63,160 nt of DNA, filler included, from Octopus bimaculoides (GCF_001194135.2; 4 parts of 4 records of this genome joined end to end with filler, not necessarily neighbours in it), one strand, 5' to 3'; positions 1 to 13,588 are shown, counted from the whole stretch's first letter. Numbers and translations: made by a program. Notes: generated from the letters alone by a model not told the origin.

Positions 1-46
<46 letters not shown>

Positions 47-462
47 CTGCTATCTCTCCATACATACATTTATATATGTGCATATGTTTGTGTATATACA
101 TGTGTGTATATGTATACATGTATGTGTACATATGTCTCTATATATGTATATATGTCTCTATGCATGAATATATATGTGACTGTGTGTGTGTGTGTATAAT
201 TTCACATGTTTGTGTATATAAGGAAATCTTCTTAGTCAACTATTTCATAATATATCAATTTTTTAAAATTATTATCACTCTTATTTACTTTATATAACAT
301 TTCATTAAGAAAATATTTTCTTACATAATTTGAGCATTTTTTTTTTTCACAGAGATAACATCTTAAAACCATGCTAAACTTATCTGCATTTTTTCACAAT
401 TTTGTTGGGTTTTTCTTTTTTTTTTTTTTTTTTTTTTTTCATATTTAAAGAACAGTTTTGGC

Positions 463-502
463 TTACATTTTATCTTTGTTGTTGTTGTTTTCATTTTCAC
501 AC
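463..502 (-). CDS. Candidate terminal exon (R-CENENNNNKDKM-stop)
   Basis: Strong acceptor gtttttgttttgcag. The phase-2 join with 9068-9135 gives ...TCCNRC..., a PLAC-like CCxxC ending. An internal gtaagc could instead act as a donor. Confidence 0.3.
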
Positions 503-628
503 CTGCAAAACAAAAACAACTCAGGTGAGATGAGGTGTGATGAGAAGAGATGGATAGTATCGTTTTTGGTGATAGGAAGCTGTTAATAGTGCTGAAAATC
601 ACCATCCTCATTATTATTATCATCATCA

Positions 629-664
<36 letters not shown>

Positions 665-877
665 GTCTGGGTGTTTGAACAAAGTGCCTTACAGTATTGC
701 TTCTGGCTTTTTTTTTTTCATTCTGAGTTCAAATTCTGCTGAGGTCAACTTTACCTATCATCCTTTCGGGGTCAATAAAATAAGTAAGTACCAGACAAGT
801 CCTAGGGTCAGTGTAATCAACTAACCCCCCCTCCCTACAAATTCCAGGTCTTGTGCCTATAGTAGTAAGGATTATTA

Positions 878-914
<37 letters not shown>

Positions 915-1130
915 GGTGGTGAGCTGGCAGTATCGTTAGCACACTGGGCGAAATGCTTAACGGTATTTCGTCTGTCTTTACGTTCTGAGTTCAAATGCCA
1001 CTGTGGTCAACTTAGCCCTTTTATCTTTCGGGGTTGATAAAATAAGTACCAGTTATGCACTGGGGTCAGTGTAATTGATTTGCCTCCTCTACCAAAAATT
1101 CAGGCCATGTGCCTGTAGTAGGAAGAATTT
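665..1130 (+). mobile_element. Two tandem tRNA-derived SINE-A copies separated by (ATT)n
   Basis: A-box-like TGGCAGnATCGTTAG, B-box-like GAGTTCAAAT, shared core CCTTTCATCCTTTCGGGGTCGATAAAATAAGTACCAG, ATT tail. Confidence 0.85.
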
Positions 1131-1142
1131 TTATTGTTGTTG

Positions 1143-1189
<47 letters not shown>

Positions 1190-1463
1190 GTTATTATTTT
1201 CGTTGTTGTTATTTACCACTTCTGGTTTACAAAACGTGTGCACATGTTTTTCTTGTGTTTGTTTGATTATGGATCAAATGTAAATGATTGATATGTGACA
1301 ATGTAATTAAACGAGTAATTAAACAAATGAGTAAATGAACAAAATGAAAATATGTGTGTGGGGGTGGGGGGGTGCTATCAAAGATAATACCTCTGTTGCC
1401 AGCACGTCTCTTTATGTGTGTGCATATGTGTGTGTTACTAAACTTATGAATATACCTACTGCC

Positions 1464-1501
<38 letters not shown>

Positions 1502-2066
1502 GGAAGGGAAGAATTTGGTGCAATGGTAGAAGCAGAAATGAAATTGAGCAGTCTCTAGTTTACATTTAATTCAAATCCTCCTAGATGGACTTAGCCTCTT
1601 GAAAAAGAATCCTTAGAGGACCAGCCTGTATAAATTACTACCAATCGTAAGGAAGGATGAATTGGCTTCAAGAACTTCAAAAAAACTTGAAGAATGTTGG
1701 ACCAAATGCCTTGTGGTATTTACTCTGGCTCTTTTGCATTCTCAAGTTCAAATCTCACCATGACCTACACGGGTGACTGTAGACTTAATCCTATACACAG
1801 CTACCACCACTGCTACCACCACCATCACCTGGTACTTTGGAGTCTTTTAGCAGAGGAATTCTGTCTCTTGCAAGCATTTGGCTCACATTTACAGTTTGAG
1901 AATGGATCACCTTCCCCCTTTCCTCTCCTTTTCTTTCCCTCCAGTTCCAGAGGTCCTTGAAACAGTGTTTCATAGGAGAGGAAGGCGGGAAGCCCCATAG
2001 AGGTTTAAAGTGGGTGGACAAATTGCTTGTTTAATGGTTTTAAACTTTTTAAAACTCATTCTATAC

Positions 2067-2545
2067 CAGTGGTACTCAACTGTGGTCCACATGACCCTTA
2101 GGGGCCAATATAAGATTGTTCAATTCAAATTTAAATGTAATAAATTGGTTACACTCCAACGATTTGCAAAATAGTTTAATCATTTTTTTAATCCAGTTCC
2201 TAATTAAAAAAATATAATATGAATTTTTTTTTAAACATTGAATGGCATTGAGGGTCCAGCAGAGTAGAATTGGAATCAAGGGGTTTCATAGGGCCCAAAA
2301 TGGTTGAGAAACCACTGGATTCAAGATCCTTGAATAGCTATGTGGATCAGAGGGGTCTAAAGGTAATATATTGTTGGGGAACCATTGGGTTCAAGATCCT
2401 TGAATAGCTATGTGGGTCCACCCAGTTACAATGCGAGTCAGAGGGGTCCAAAGGTAATATATGGTTGAGAAACCACTGGGTTCAAGACCTTTGAATAGCT
2501 ATGTGGGTCCACCCAGCTAAAATAGGAGTTAGAGGGGTCCATTGG
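2067..2545. mobile_element. hAT-type MITE with tandemly repeated right end
   Basis: TIRs CAGTGGTACTCAAC (2067) and GTTGAGAAACCACTG (ends 2317). Right end plus flank recurs, ending near 2387 and 2478. Confidence 0.6.
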
Positions 2546-3859
2546 CAAAGAAGAAATACGTGGATCAGAACTCCATTCTACCTTCTTGTTAATAAAGAGG
2601 TGGTGGTGGTGGTGGAGCAGTGGCAGGGGTGGGGCCAAAAGTATTTCATTAATATTGGGTGGTGGGGAACAGTGGAGCTGCCTGCCTAGTATTTGCCAAT
2701 TTCAGAACTGCCTCCGTTAAGAGACGGGGCACTGTTCCTTCACACCTAATTGGGGGGGGGGGATTGGAAACAAAGTAAAATACTGGTGGGGGGAGATTGG
2801 GGTCAATATCAACAAATGTTTGTTTCTCCCCCTTTGCATAAAAAAAAACCCCCCAAACTCGTATCTAAATGGTGTTTTTTGAGTTTATGTTAGATGCCAT
2901 GATTGTTGTTGTTGTTCCTGATCGATCCAACTAATTGGATCGACCATCCCATCGNNNNNNNNNNNNNNNNNNNNNNNNNNNNNNNNNNNNNNNNNNNNNN
3001 NNNNNNNNNNNNNNNNNNNNNNNNNNNNNNNNNNNNNNNNNNNNNNNNNNNNNNNNNNNNNNNNNNNNNNNNNNNNNNNNNNNNNNNNNNNNNNNNNNNN
3101 NNNNNNNNNNNNNNNNNNNNNNNNNNNNNNNNNNNNNNNNNNNNNNNNNNNNNNNNNNNNNNNNNNNNNNNNNNNNNNNNNNNNNNNNNNNNNNNNNNNN
3201 NNNNNNNNNNNNNNNNNNNNNNNNNNNNNNNNNNNNNNNNNNNNNNNNNNNNNNNNNNNNNNNNNNNNNNNNNNNNNNNNNNNNNNNNNNNNNNNNNNNN
3301 NNNNNNNNNNNNNNNNNNNNNNNNNNNNNNNNNNNNNNNNNNNNNNNNNNNNNNNNNNNNNNNNNNNNNNNNNNNNNNNNNNNNNNNNNNNNNNNNNNNN
3401 NNNNNNNNNNNNNNNNNNNNNNNNNNNNNNNNNNNNNNNNNNNNNNNNNNNNNNNNNNNNNNNNNNNNNNNNNNNNNNNNNNNNNNNNNNNNNNNNNNNN
3501 NNNNNNNNNNNNNNNNNNNNNNNNNNNNNNNNNNNNNNNNNNNNNNNNNNNNNNNNNNNNNNNNNNNNNNNNNNNNNNNNNNNNNNNNNNNNNNNNNNNN
3601 NNNNNNNNNNNNNNNNNNNNNNNNNNNNNNNNNNNNNNNNNNNNNNNNNNNNNNNNNNNNNNNNNNNNNNNNNNNNNNNNNNNNNNNNNNNNNNNNNNNN
3701 NNNNNNNNNNNNNNNNAGTAAGGAAGAGCAGGGATCAGAAAAAGGGGTCAGTTGAATTGGTTCCATGATTATGATTTTTCACCTTCACCTGCATTTGCCC
3801 CCAGCCTTGTTCAACTGGTATATTTATAGGGTGGTGGGGAATAGGGAACAAGTATATGT

Positions 3860-3916
<57 letters not shown>

Positions 3917-3921
3917 TACAC

Positions 3922-4520
3922 CGGGCTTCTTTCAGGTTTTTGTCTAACAAATGCACTCACAAGGCTTTGGTTGCCCTGAGCTTGGGTAGAAGGCACTTGC
4001 CAAGGTGCCATGCAATAGGACTGAACCCAAGGCCTTGTGTTTAGCAAGCAAACTTCTTAACCATGCAGTCTTGCTTGCATGTCTGTGTATGATAGGTGCA
4101 GGAGTGGCAGTGTGGTAAGAAGCTTGCTTCCCAACCACATGGTTCTGGGTTCAGTCCTGTTGCGTGGCACCTTGGGCAAATGTCTTCTACTATAGCTTCA
4201 GGCCAACCAAAGCCTTGTGAGTGGATTTGGTAGACAGAAACAGAGAGAAGCCTGTCGTATATATATATATATATATATCTGTGTCTGTGTGTGTGTGTGT
4301 GTATATATTTATATGTGCGTGTGTCTATGTTTTCCCCCCACCATCATTTCACAACCAATGTCGGTGTGTTTACATCCCTGAAACTTAGCGGTTCGGCATA
4401 AAAGACCAATAGAATAAGTACTGGGCTTACAAAGTATAAGTCCCGTGGTCAGTTTCTTTGACTAAAGGCAGTGCTCCAGGATGGCCACAGTCAAATGACT
4501 GACACAAGTAAAAGAACATA
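3922..4520. mobile_element. tRNA-derived SINE-B: partial minus copy (3922-4078) head-to-head with a full plus copy (4097-4520)
   Basis: Head GGAGTGGCnGTGTGGTAAG..GGGTTCAGTCC..GTGGCACCTTGGGCAA, internal TA/TG microsatellite, 3' GTGCTCCAGCATGGCCACAGTCAAATGACTGA. Recalled as similar to octopus OK/OR SINEs, unverified. Confidence 0.85.
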
Positions 4521-5860
4521 TAAATATATAAATATATATCATCCTCGTCATTTAACATCCATGTTCCATGCTGACTGTGAAGGTTTGACAGGATCTGGTG
4601 AGCCACAGGGCTGTGTTTTGATCCTGTACCAGCTTTGGTATGGTTTCTACAACTAGATGCCCTTCCTTACACCAACCACTTTACAGTATATACAATAAAT
4701 TTATATATATATATTATAACCCCCCTCCCCCCCATTCCACTGCTCCTTCCAATCTTTAATAAGGAAATTGCTTTTAATAACCTGTCATATATTTATATAC
4801 AAGAGTCACATTTTGAGGATTCCATTATTTCATTCTGTCAACACTCACACACATACCTTGCTTCTCTCTCTCTCTCTCTCTTTCTCTCCTCCATCTCTAA
4901 AAACACACACATACACACACCACGGGGGAGCCTGTAAGTGGTTACTCGACTTGCTGTAAACAACAGTGCAGCTCTCCCTCTCATTTAAACCCCNNNNNNN
5001 NNNNNNNNNNNNNNNNNNNNNNNNNNNNNNNNNNNNNNNNNNNNNNNNNNNNNNNNNNNNNNNNNNNNNNNNNNNNNNNNNNNNNNNNNNNNNNNNNNNN
5101 NNNNNNNNNNNNNNNNNNNNNNNNNNNNNNNNNNNNNNNNNNNNNNNNNNNNNNNNNNNNNNNNNNNNNNNNNNNNNNNNNNNNNNNNNNNNNNNNNNNN
5201 NNNNNNNNNNNNNNNNNNNNNNNNNNNNNNNNNNNNNNNNNNNNNNNNNNNNNNNNTCAGACGGGGTGGGGGTTCTTCCCCTACCACCACCCTCTGAGAA
5301 ACCCTTGCATTACATTATGAGGTCCTGGAGACAGTGCCTGGGGGTAAAAGAATAAAAAAAAAAACAGATGGTCACAGCTTGAACATCTCCACATCATTAG
5401 GCTCGTCTGCTCAGGCAGAGCTCTGACTTGGGGCTAAACGACTACACGCACTTGCACAGGCGCACACTTATATGCGCATGCATGCACAGCGGCAGATTAA
5501 TTTGTAAGAATCTTTTATAATTAAACATCGACAATGACATTTATCGACTGCTGGAGGCCCTGCAATTCTTCATATTTTTGTTCGCTGTTTCATCCTGCGT
5601 TCTCAACGGCCTCTCCACTACGACCACTGAGAGACCCTCTACATGATCTCTCAGTCTACTAAAAATAACAGTGTGATTAACCTCATATCACACCTTACCA
5701 TCTTATAAAATCATAAAGAAGTGTGACTTTTCAGAAACATTTTTTTTCCATGCTCAGAGCTGCATGGAATAAATTACCTGCTTTCGGTTTTATCTGTCAG
5801 GACACTGCATCCTTCAAAAATCTCATGTTTCTTGAAATTTACCAATATTACTCTTGTCGT

Positions 5861-6525
5861 AAAGTGGCAACCTGGCAGAAACGTTAGCACACCTGGCGAA
5901 ATGCTTAGCAGTATTTCGTCTGTCTTTATGTTCTGAGTTCAAATTCCACCAAGGTCGACTTTGCCTTTCATCCTTTCAGGGTCGATAAATTAAGTACCAA
6001 CCGAACACTGGGGTCGATCTAATTGACTGGCCTCCACCCCACTCCCAAACTTTGAAGTCCCACAATCATCTGTTGCTCCTGTGGCAAATAAAAGACTTCA
6101 TCATCATCATGACTCAGGATTGCTTTTATTTCTGGTGGAATTTATGTAGGTAGCAGATTACTACCTGTAACCTTAGATATCAACGTGATTTCAGTAAGCC
6201 ATCAAGTGTCCGAAACCCTTCCGATGATCTTCCCTGTTCCTATCATCATCGTCATCATCATCATCACCACCATCATTATCATCATCATCATCATTATTAT
6301 TGTTGTTAAGGTGGCAGGCTGGCAGAATCGTTAGCATGCTGGGCAAAATGCTTAGTGGTGTTTCATCCATCTTTATATTCCGAGTTCAAATTCCGCCAAG
6401 ATCAACTTTGTCTTTTTATCCTCTCGGGGTCAATAAACTAAGTACTAGTTGAGTACTAGGGTCAATGTAATCAACTAGTCCCCTCCATCAACATTTCAGA
6501 CCTTGTACCTTTAGTAAAAAGGGGT
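5861..6525 (+). mobile_element. Two SINE-A copies (5861-6060, 6308-6525)
   Basis: Same head and core as 913-1130. Confidence 0.85.
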
Positions 6526-6527
6526 GC

Positions 6528-6564
<37 letters not shown>

Positions 6565-6980
6565 TTCATTATTATTATTATTATTATTAATATTATTATT
6601 AGTTTAAAAAGCAGCAGGGCAGTCATGGCTAGAATGCTTTTGATCACAAAGCCTGCTCAATCGGGTCTGACCCGGGGCTATATAACAACCCCTGCCACCA
6701 TAGTTACCACCAACACAGTTGCCTTAGCCACTACAATATAGTATACTATGTCAGTGGAAAATTATGACAGGTGATTGACAGGTGAGTACTCCACTAATGA
6801 TCTTTCTACTGAATAGCTTTTACCAAACAATGAGGGGTAAATCAGTACACAGAACCTGTAGTTCCTGCTTAAATACCATAAACACATTCAGACAATCAAT
6901 GCTAAGATTATACCAGGAGGCAGGAGGAGGGGACTATATATATAGAGAGACAGACAGACAGACTTGTACTTATATGTACA

Positions 6981-7044
<64 letters not shown>

Positions 7045-7096
7045 TACTTGTTTATCCATCTCTCTAGCAATCTTACCTTCATTCTCTTTATCTGTG

Positions 7097-7475
7097 TGCA
7101 TGGAGTGGCTGTGTGGTAGTAGCTTGCTTACCAACCACATGGTTCTGGGTTCAGTCCCACTGCGTGGCACCTTGGGCAAGTGTCTTCTACTATAGCCTCG
7201 GGCCGACCAAAGCCTTGTGAGTGGATTTGGTAGACGGAAACTGAAAGAAGCCTGTCATATATATATGTATGTGTATGTCTGTGTTTGTCCGCCCCAGCAT
7301 CGCTTGACAACCGATGCTGGTGTATTTATGTCCCCGTAACTTAGCGGTTCGGCAAAAGAGACCGATAGAATAAGTACTGGGCTTCCAAAGAATAAGTCCT
7401 TGTGTCGATTTGCTCGACTAAAGGCGGTGCTCCAGCATGGACGCAGTCAAATGACTGAAACAAGTTAAAGAGTAA
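7097..7475 (+). mobile_element. Full-length SINE-B copy
   Basis: Colinear with 4097-4520. Confidence 0.9.
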
Positions 7476-7802
7476 AAGTGTAATATATATGTGTGTGTGT
7501 GTGTGTAATCATTCTCATAACCTCTGGCTTCCATGCTGGCTTGGGTTGGACAGTTTGACAGGTCCAAGGTCCGAATCATGCTCCACTGTCCGTTTTGGTT
7601 AACTAAAGTTTAAAATAACAACCCATGTATCATACTAAATGCAGACACATCATGGAAAGCCAAAAATAACTGCTGTATTTGTTTGGAGATAATATCTGAT
7701 ATATTTTTGGTGTTATTCAACACGGTACTTCAACAAGAGATATTATTATCACCAGACAAATCCTGCGGTGGTGCGTTTTGGCCTTCCACGACGCCTCTGC
7801 TT

Positions 7803-8015
7803 GAACCCTTTAACATTCAGATTATTTGGTCAAATGTAATCTTTATTTATTCACACTGCTTTGAATTAGTCAAGCATAACCTTATAGCTTCAAGATTCCG
7901 ATGATGTTTGTTTATTTTTGGAATGATATTTTAGGGTAAGTGTAAGAGGCCAGATCTGAAGAGTTTAAACACAAAACAGGTAGACCAAATATTTCTAGTT
8001 TAAATGATATGCAGA
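7803..8015. mobile_element. Possible piggyBac-like MITE
   Basis: Starts aaCCCTTTaacattcag. A related reversed fragment lies at about 36210-36305. Confidence 0.4.
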
Positions 8016-8098
8016 TTGCTATTTTATACTAGGGCTGGGGACCAGGACTGGATTAAGACCCAAAGAGGACTTTTGCGCATAAAAAAATGTTGGTGCTC

Positions 8099-8129
<31 letters not shown>

Positions 8130-8134
<5 letters not shown>

Positions 8135-8340
8135 CAAATAATGAGTATATGCATATATACGTACATGTATGTACATACCTACATCTACATGTATATATAG
8201 ATGCATATCTGGGTACAGGACATTGCAAAAAAACGTGGACAAAATGATAAACAAGGTACAGAAAACACACAGGACACATAGAGAACATTTCCTTCATCAG
8301 CTGCCACCATTCTAAAATTAAGCGTTTCAAAGAGTTAGGG
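8130..8340. repeat. Interspersed repeat, second copy at 39750-39900
   Basis: Shared ATGAGTATATGCATA..ATCTGGGTACA.GAC.TTGCAAAAAAA..GGACAAAATGATAAACAAGGTACA. Confidence 0.75.
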
Positions 8341-9067
8341 CAGGATGCATTACATATATATATATNNNNNNNNNNTTTGGAATGATATTTTAGGGTAAGT
8401 GTAAGAGGCCAGATCTGAAGAGTTTAAACACAAAACAGGTAGACCAAATATTTCTAGTTTAAATGATATGCAGATTGCTATTTTATACTAGGGCTGGGGA
8501 CCAGGACTGGATTAAGACCCAAAGAGGACTTTTGCGCATAAAAAAATGTTGGTGCTCCCATATATATATATATATATATATGTAATTCAAAATATAAACA
8601 ACAATAAACCATAAACTATATTGTTATTTTCCAAAATGTAAACAAAACTAACAATAAGATGGAAAATAATGGTTATTTTTGTATGCTTCCATTTCATTTA
8701 TATTTGAAAAGTTTTCTCCTACTTTTTTTTGTAATTGCAAACTCTTTGATCAGATCCTCCCTATGACACCATGAACACTTTGAAATTATATTTCCAATCA
8801 TATAAACCATTTCAAATATTATGTTAGGAAGTCTAAAGTGATTTCTTTTGTGCTGTAAACCATTTACCATTTCTGTGATACCCCCACCCCTCTTCCCTTG
8901 ATTCCCTAAGCACATGCTTCTTTTGCATAATGGTTAATCCAGCACTGATGGTGGGTAGAGTGGGGGCGTGGTTAGAGAGTAGGCTGCTCCTGGGCTAAAT
9001 GTCCACACCACCAATAGAGGGCATTTCAAACAGTTGACCAGTGCTATTACACTTTCTCTGTACTTAC

Positions 9068-9135
9068 CTGTTGCAACATGTGTAGATATGTTCCCTAATT
9101 GGCCAGAATCTCGTACAGGTAGGAAGACTACACAC
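9068..9135 (-). CDS. Candidate cysteine-rich exon, possibly 3' part of the ADAMTS-like gene (VCSLPTCTRFWPIREHIYTCCNR)
   Basis: Acceptor tgtgtttcaacaag and strong donor AG|gtaagt. A second open frame (RCVVFLPVRDSGQLGNISTHVAT) is also possible, so the frame is not settled. Confidence 0.4.
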
Positions 9136-10010
9136 CTTGTTGAAACACAGAAACCTTCTCCTCCTCCTCTTTCTCTTCCTGCTCCTCCTCTTCTTCCGTC
9201 TCCTCCTCTTCCGCACACTTGGCCTGTTTCATGGAACGTTGAACATTTAGAATTCTGCAGAGTGCGTTCCAGATTTTTTTTTCTTTTTTTTTACAAAAAT
9301 AGCAGAAATAACTAAAACAGTGTGTGTTTGGGTGTGTGTACATGCACACACACACATGCAAAAACAAGCTCACACAAGTGTTCATGCATACAGATGTACA
9401 CACATACATAAATATATATGTATATACTTATTTATAGATATATATATATACATATATATATATACACACACACACATGCACATAGTCACATACGCATATA
9501 TATACAGACACAAACACATATGCATGTACACAAGCACGCTCGCACACACACACACACACATACACATGCATATACACAAGCACGCACACAGACATGTACA
9601 GAAAGTAAGAACATCTGTAAACAAACAGGAAAATATGTAAGAAACACCAGTGAAAAGCAGCTGATTCCCAGTTTTTGTTTTCTTTCATTTTATTTTATGT
9701 TTGTTTACCAATGTTTGTGTGTATTTGTGACTGCAACCTATGTGTGTGTGTGTGTATACATATAGGGAGAGAGACAGACAGACAGACAGAGAGAGATAGA
9801 CAGACAGATGGCTATATGTACATATACACGTGTAGGTGTGAGTTTGTTTTTGCGTTTGTATGTATGTTAAAGGTATGTATATATTTGTGTGTATGTGGGT
9901 GGTTCAAATTTGTACAAAAGGTCAAAAAAACACAGACATATGAGGGAACGACAAACAAGGTGTATTAGTTTGACACTCAGGAAAAATGGAAAAAGTCTTT
10001 GATATTTTGA

Positions 10011-10054
<44 letters not shown>

Positions 10055-11694
10055 CAGGAGACAATTGTCTATATTTTTCATATTCATCTATCTATNNNNN
10101 NNNNNNNNNNNNNNNNNNNNNNNNNNNNNNNNNNNNNNNNNNNNNNNNNNNNNNNNNNNNNNNNNNNNNNNNNNNNNNNNNNNNNNNNNNNNNNNNNNNN
10201 NNNNNNNNNNNNNNNNNNNNNNNNNNNNNNNNNNNNNNNNNNNNNNNNNNNNNNNNNNNNNNNNNNNNNNNNNNNNNNNNNNNNNNNNNNNNNNNNNNNN
10301 NNNNNNNNNNNNNNNNNNNNNNNNNNNNNNNNNNNNNNNNNNNNNNNNNNNNNNNNNNNNNNNNNNNNNNNNNNNNNNNNNNNNNNNNNNNNNNNNNNNN
10401 NNNNNNNNNNNNNNNNNNNNNNNNNNNNNNNNNNNNNNNNNNNNNNNNNNNNNNNNNNNNNNNNNNNNNNNNNNNNNNNNNNNNNNNNNNNNNNNNNNNN
10501 NNNNNNNNNNNNNNNNNNNNNNNNNNNNNNNNNNNNNNNNNNNNNNNNNNNNNNNNNNNNNNNNNNNNNNNNNNNNNNNNNNNNNNNNNNNNNNNNNNNN
10601 NNNNNNNNNNNNNNNNNNNNNNNNNNNNNNNNNNNNNNNNNNNNNNNNNNNNNNNNNNNNNNNNNNNNNNNNNNNNNNNNNNNNNNNNNNNNNNNNNNNN
10701 NNNNNNNNNNNNNNNNNNNNNNNNNNNNNNNNNNNNNNNNNNNNNNNNNNNNNNNNNNNNNNNNNNNNNNNNNNNNNNNNNNNNNNNNNNNNNNNNNNNN
10801 NNNNNNNNNNNNNNNNNNNNNNNNNNNNNNNNNNNNNNNNNNNNNNNNNNNNNNNNNNNNNNNNNNNNNNNNNNNNNNNNNNNNNNNNNNNNNNNNNNNN
10901 NNNNNNNNGTAAGTGAAACTTACCTGTGTAGCATACACAGCATAAAGAATCTAATTTGAGGGGAGTGGGGGTGGAGGAAAGAAAGCATGGGGGGGAAACG
11001 TAGTGGGGGTAGGGGGGCTGTTTACCTTGGAACGGTCCCAGGGAGAAACATGTGATGAAGTACGCAAACTCTCTGAGAGACTTTCGTACATAGTTGTGCA
11101 ATGATCATGCACCTCATTCACACACGTGCATACACACATAAAATGATCCCATACACACACACACACACACACACGCGCACACACTTACATCTATATATGC
11201 TACACACACACACTCCTATATGTGTACGCATATACTTATACACATGCATTCATCTGTATATACATAAATAGCTATATACATACAAGCATACATACGCTCA
11301 CATACACATACATACTTAGCGTTCATCCCTTATCTCTCTCTTTCTCTGTAATGAGCCACACTAACTTCCTGTGGGACATGGGTACCTACATCTACCTTAC
11401 TTTGATCCCTACACAAACATACGTACACTTCCTCATATCTCTCTTTGTCTCCCTCCACACACACACACACCACACACACACACCACACCACACACACACA
11501 CGTTTGGCAGAACAAACAGGAGAAATAGAAATACATGAGTATTTATACTTTTTCTTTATTATTTTTTTAACTATCGGCCCTTGAGTCACTTTGTAACTCT
11601 NNNNNNNNNNAAATACATGAGTATTTATACTTTTTCTTTATTATTTTTTTAACTATCGGCCCTTGAGTCACTTTGTAACTCTCTGCTGATTAAA

Positions 11695-11749
<55 letters not shown>

Positions 11750-12464
11750 GTAATAATATATTCAACAGTTTATTTCTGTGTCTTTCTCGCCACCGTCTCC
11801 ATACGTCATCTCTATATCTATCTATCTGTCTATCTATATCTATCTATCTATCTATCTCCCTATCTACTTACTTCTCAATCCATTTGTCTCTATTTGTCTC
11901 CTCCTCGATCTGTCTACCTCTCTATCCATCTCTCCACCCATCTCTCTTAGCTAAGATAAAAGAGTATTTATATACGAGTTATCCATTGTAACAGCAATAG
12001 ACAGAATTATGTCGACATTAAACAAGAGTTTTCTACATGAATACCCAAAAACATATTCCATTGAGAATCAACAATATTCGATCTATTTATTGTTTTCACT
12101 CATATAGTTTTTTGCTTTCCTATATATTTTTTTCATCTCCTCGCACTCGTCCATCTGTCATCAGAAAAACAAAGATCAACTAAACAGAAATAACATCAAC
12201 TACAATTTTTGGTGACTTGTGGATTGGTACAGTTGTTGCAGCATTGAGGGAACAATGTGTGTGGTGGTATATAGTTGTCTTGTGGCACTCTTCGCATTCC
12301 GAGTTCAATTTCTGTCACGGTCAACTTTGGTCTTTTGAGGACATTTAAAAAAATTTTTTTTTTTTTTTAATATTTATTTATTCAGGGTCGATTAAAATAA
12401 AGTACCAGTTAAATACTCGGGTTAATTTAATCACCTAAAATTTCTGTGAGAAATTATGGGGGAT

Positions 12465-12750
12465 GTGGACTGGCAGAATAGTTAGGGTGATGGACACAAT
12501 GCACTGCAGCATTTAGATATTTAGCTATAACACTTTATACTCTGAGTTCAAATCTCAACAAGGTCGACTTTAGTTGGGGTTTTTTATTTTCCTTTTTTTT
12601 TTTTTTTTNNNNNNNNNNTTTTTTTTTTTTTTTTGTTAATTCATTCAGGGCCAGTAATACACAGTACCAGTTAAACAATGGGGTTGATTAATCAACAACA
12701 CTCCTTGCCCTAAATTTCTAGCCTTGTCCCCTATGTTAGAAATTATGAGG
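12465..12750 (+). mobile_element. Degenerate SINE-A copy (another remnant at about 12220-12450)
   Basis: CTGAGTTCAAAT..GGTCGACTTT..AGTACCAGTT. Confidence 0.7.
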
Positions 12751-13532
12751 ACAATATTTTTAGTAGAATTTTTACAAGTGTCCCCTACTATCGCCCCTGA
12801 CAACCAGTCTTGTGAGTGAATTTGATAGATGGAAACTGAAAGAAGCCTGTTGTGTGTGTTTGCGTTTCCATATGATTGTTGTAAATGAATGTCATTCGTT
12901 TCCAATATTCTGCGAAATTTTATATGGTCAGGGGAGAGAAAAAATTACCTTGCTTGGAAACAGGTGATGGTTGGTGACAGGAAGGGCATCCATCTAGACA
13001 GAAAATATGCTTCATGAAATTCCCTCTGACCCATGCAAACATGGATGAGTGAACGTTAAAACGGCAATGATGATGATGACTATGAGGAGGAGGAGGAGAG
13101 AGGAGGGAGGGTGAAACCCTCTAAAAAGAGATTTGTGAAAAAAAAGAAGAAAAAAGTGTATAATAGGGGATTTGTCAGAAAGAAGCATAAGCTTTTAAAT
13201 TTCTAGGGTGAAATATTGGAAACAGCTTTGTGATGACAATGATGGTGATGACGACGATGATGATGATGGTGGTGGTGGTGATGACAGTGATGATGATCAA
13301 AGTGCTATTGTGAAGAACATTAGCTGCATAATTGATGTAAAATGGCTTCATGTGGCAGGAATGAAAACCACATCACACAGATTCCTCCTCCCCTTTCTTG
13401 CCCACCACCCTAGATTCTCTGTAAACAATGGTGGTAATGGGGATAATTTCTAAACTCTTTACTGCAGCAACAACAAAAGATTAATGGAGTTAAGCTCATC
13501 GGCCGTAAAACACACATATATATATATGTATG

Positions 13533-13588
<56 letters not shown>

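Noticed and set aside
913-1130. tRNA genes or a CRISPR-like array suggested by recurring motifs
   Set aside because: The A/B boxes belong to SINE heads without a full cloverleaf, and the repeats are dispersed rather than regularly spaced.
8285-8330. Minus-strand GAAAC..CTGATGA resembling a type II hammerhead
   Set aside because: No NUH site or stems I/III between the two motifs.
7917-8581. Direct duplication of about 200 bp (7917-8125 and 8376-8581)
   Set aside because: The copies are identical and flank a 10-N gap, typical of an unmerged contig overlap.
11530-11681. Direct duplication of about 70 bp
   Set aside because: The copies are identical on either side of a 10-N gap, so this is an assembly artefact.
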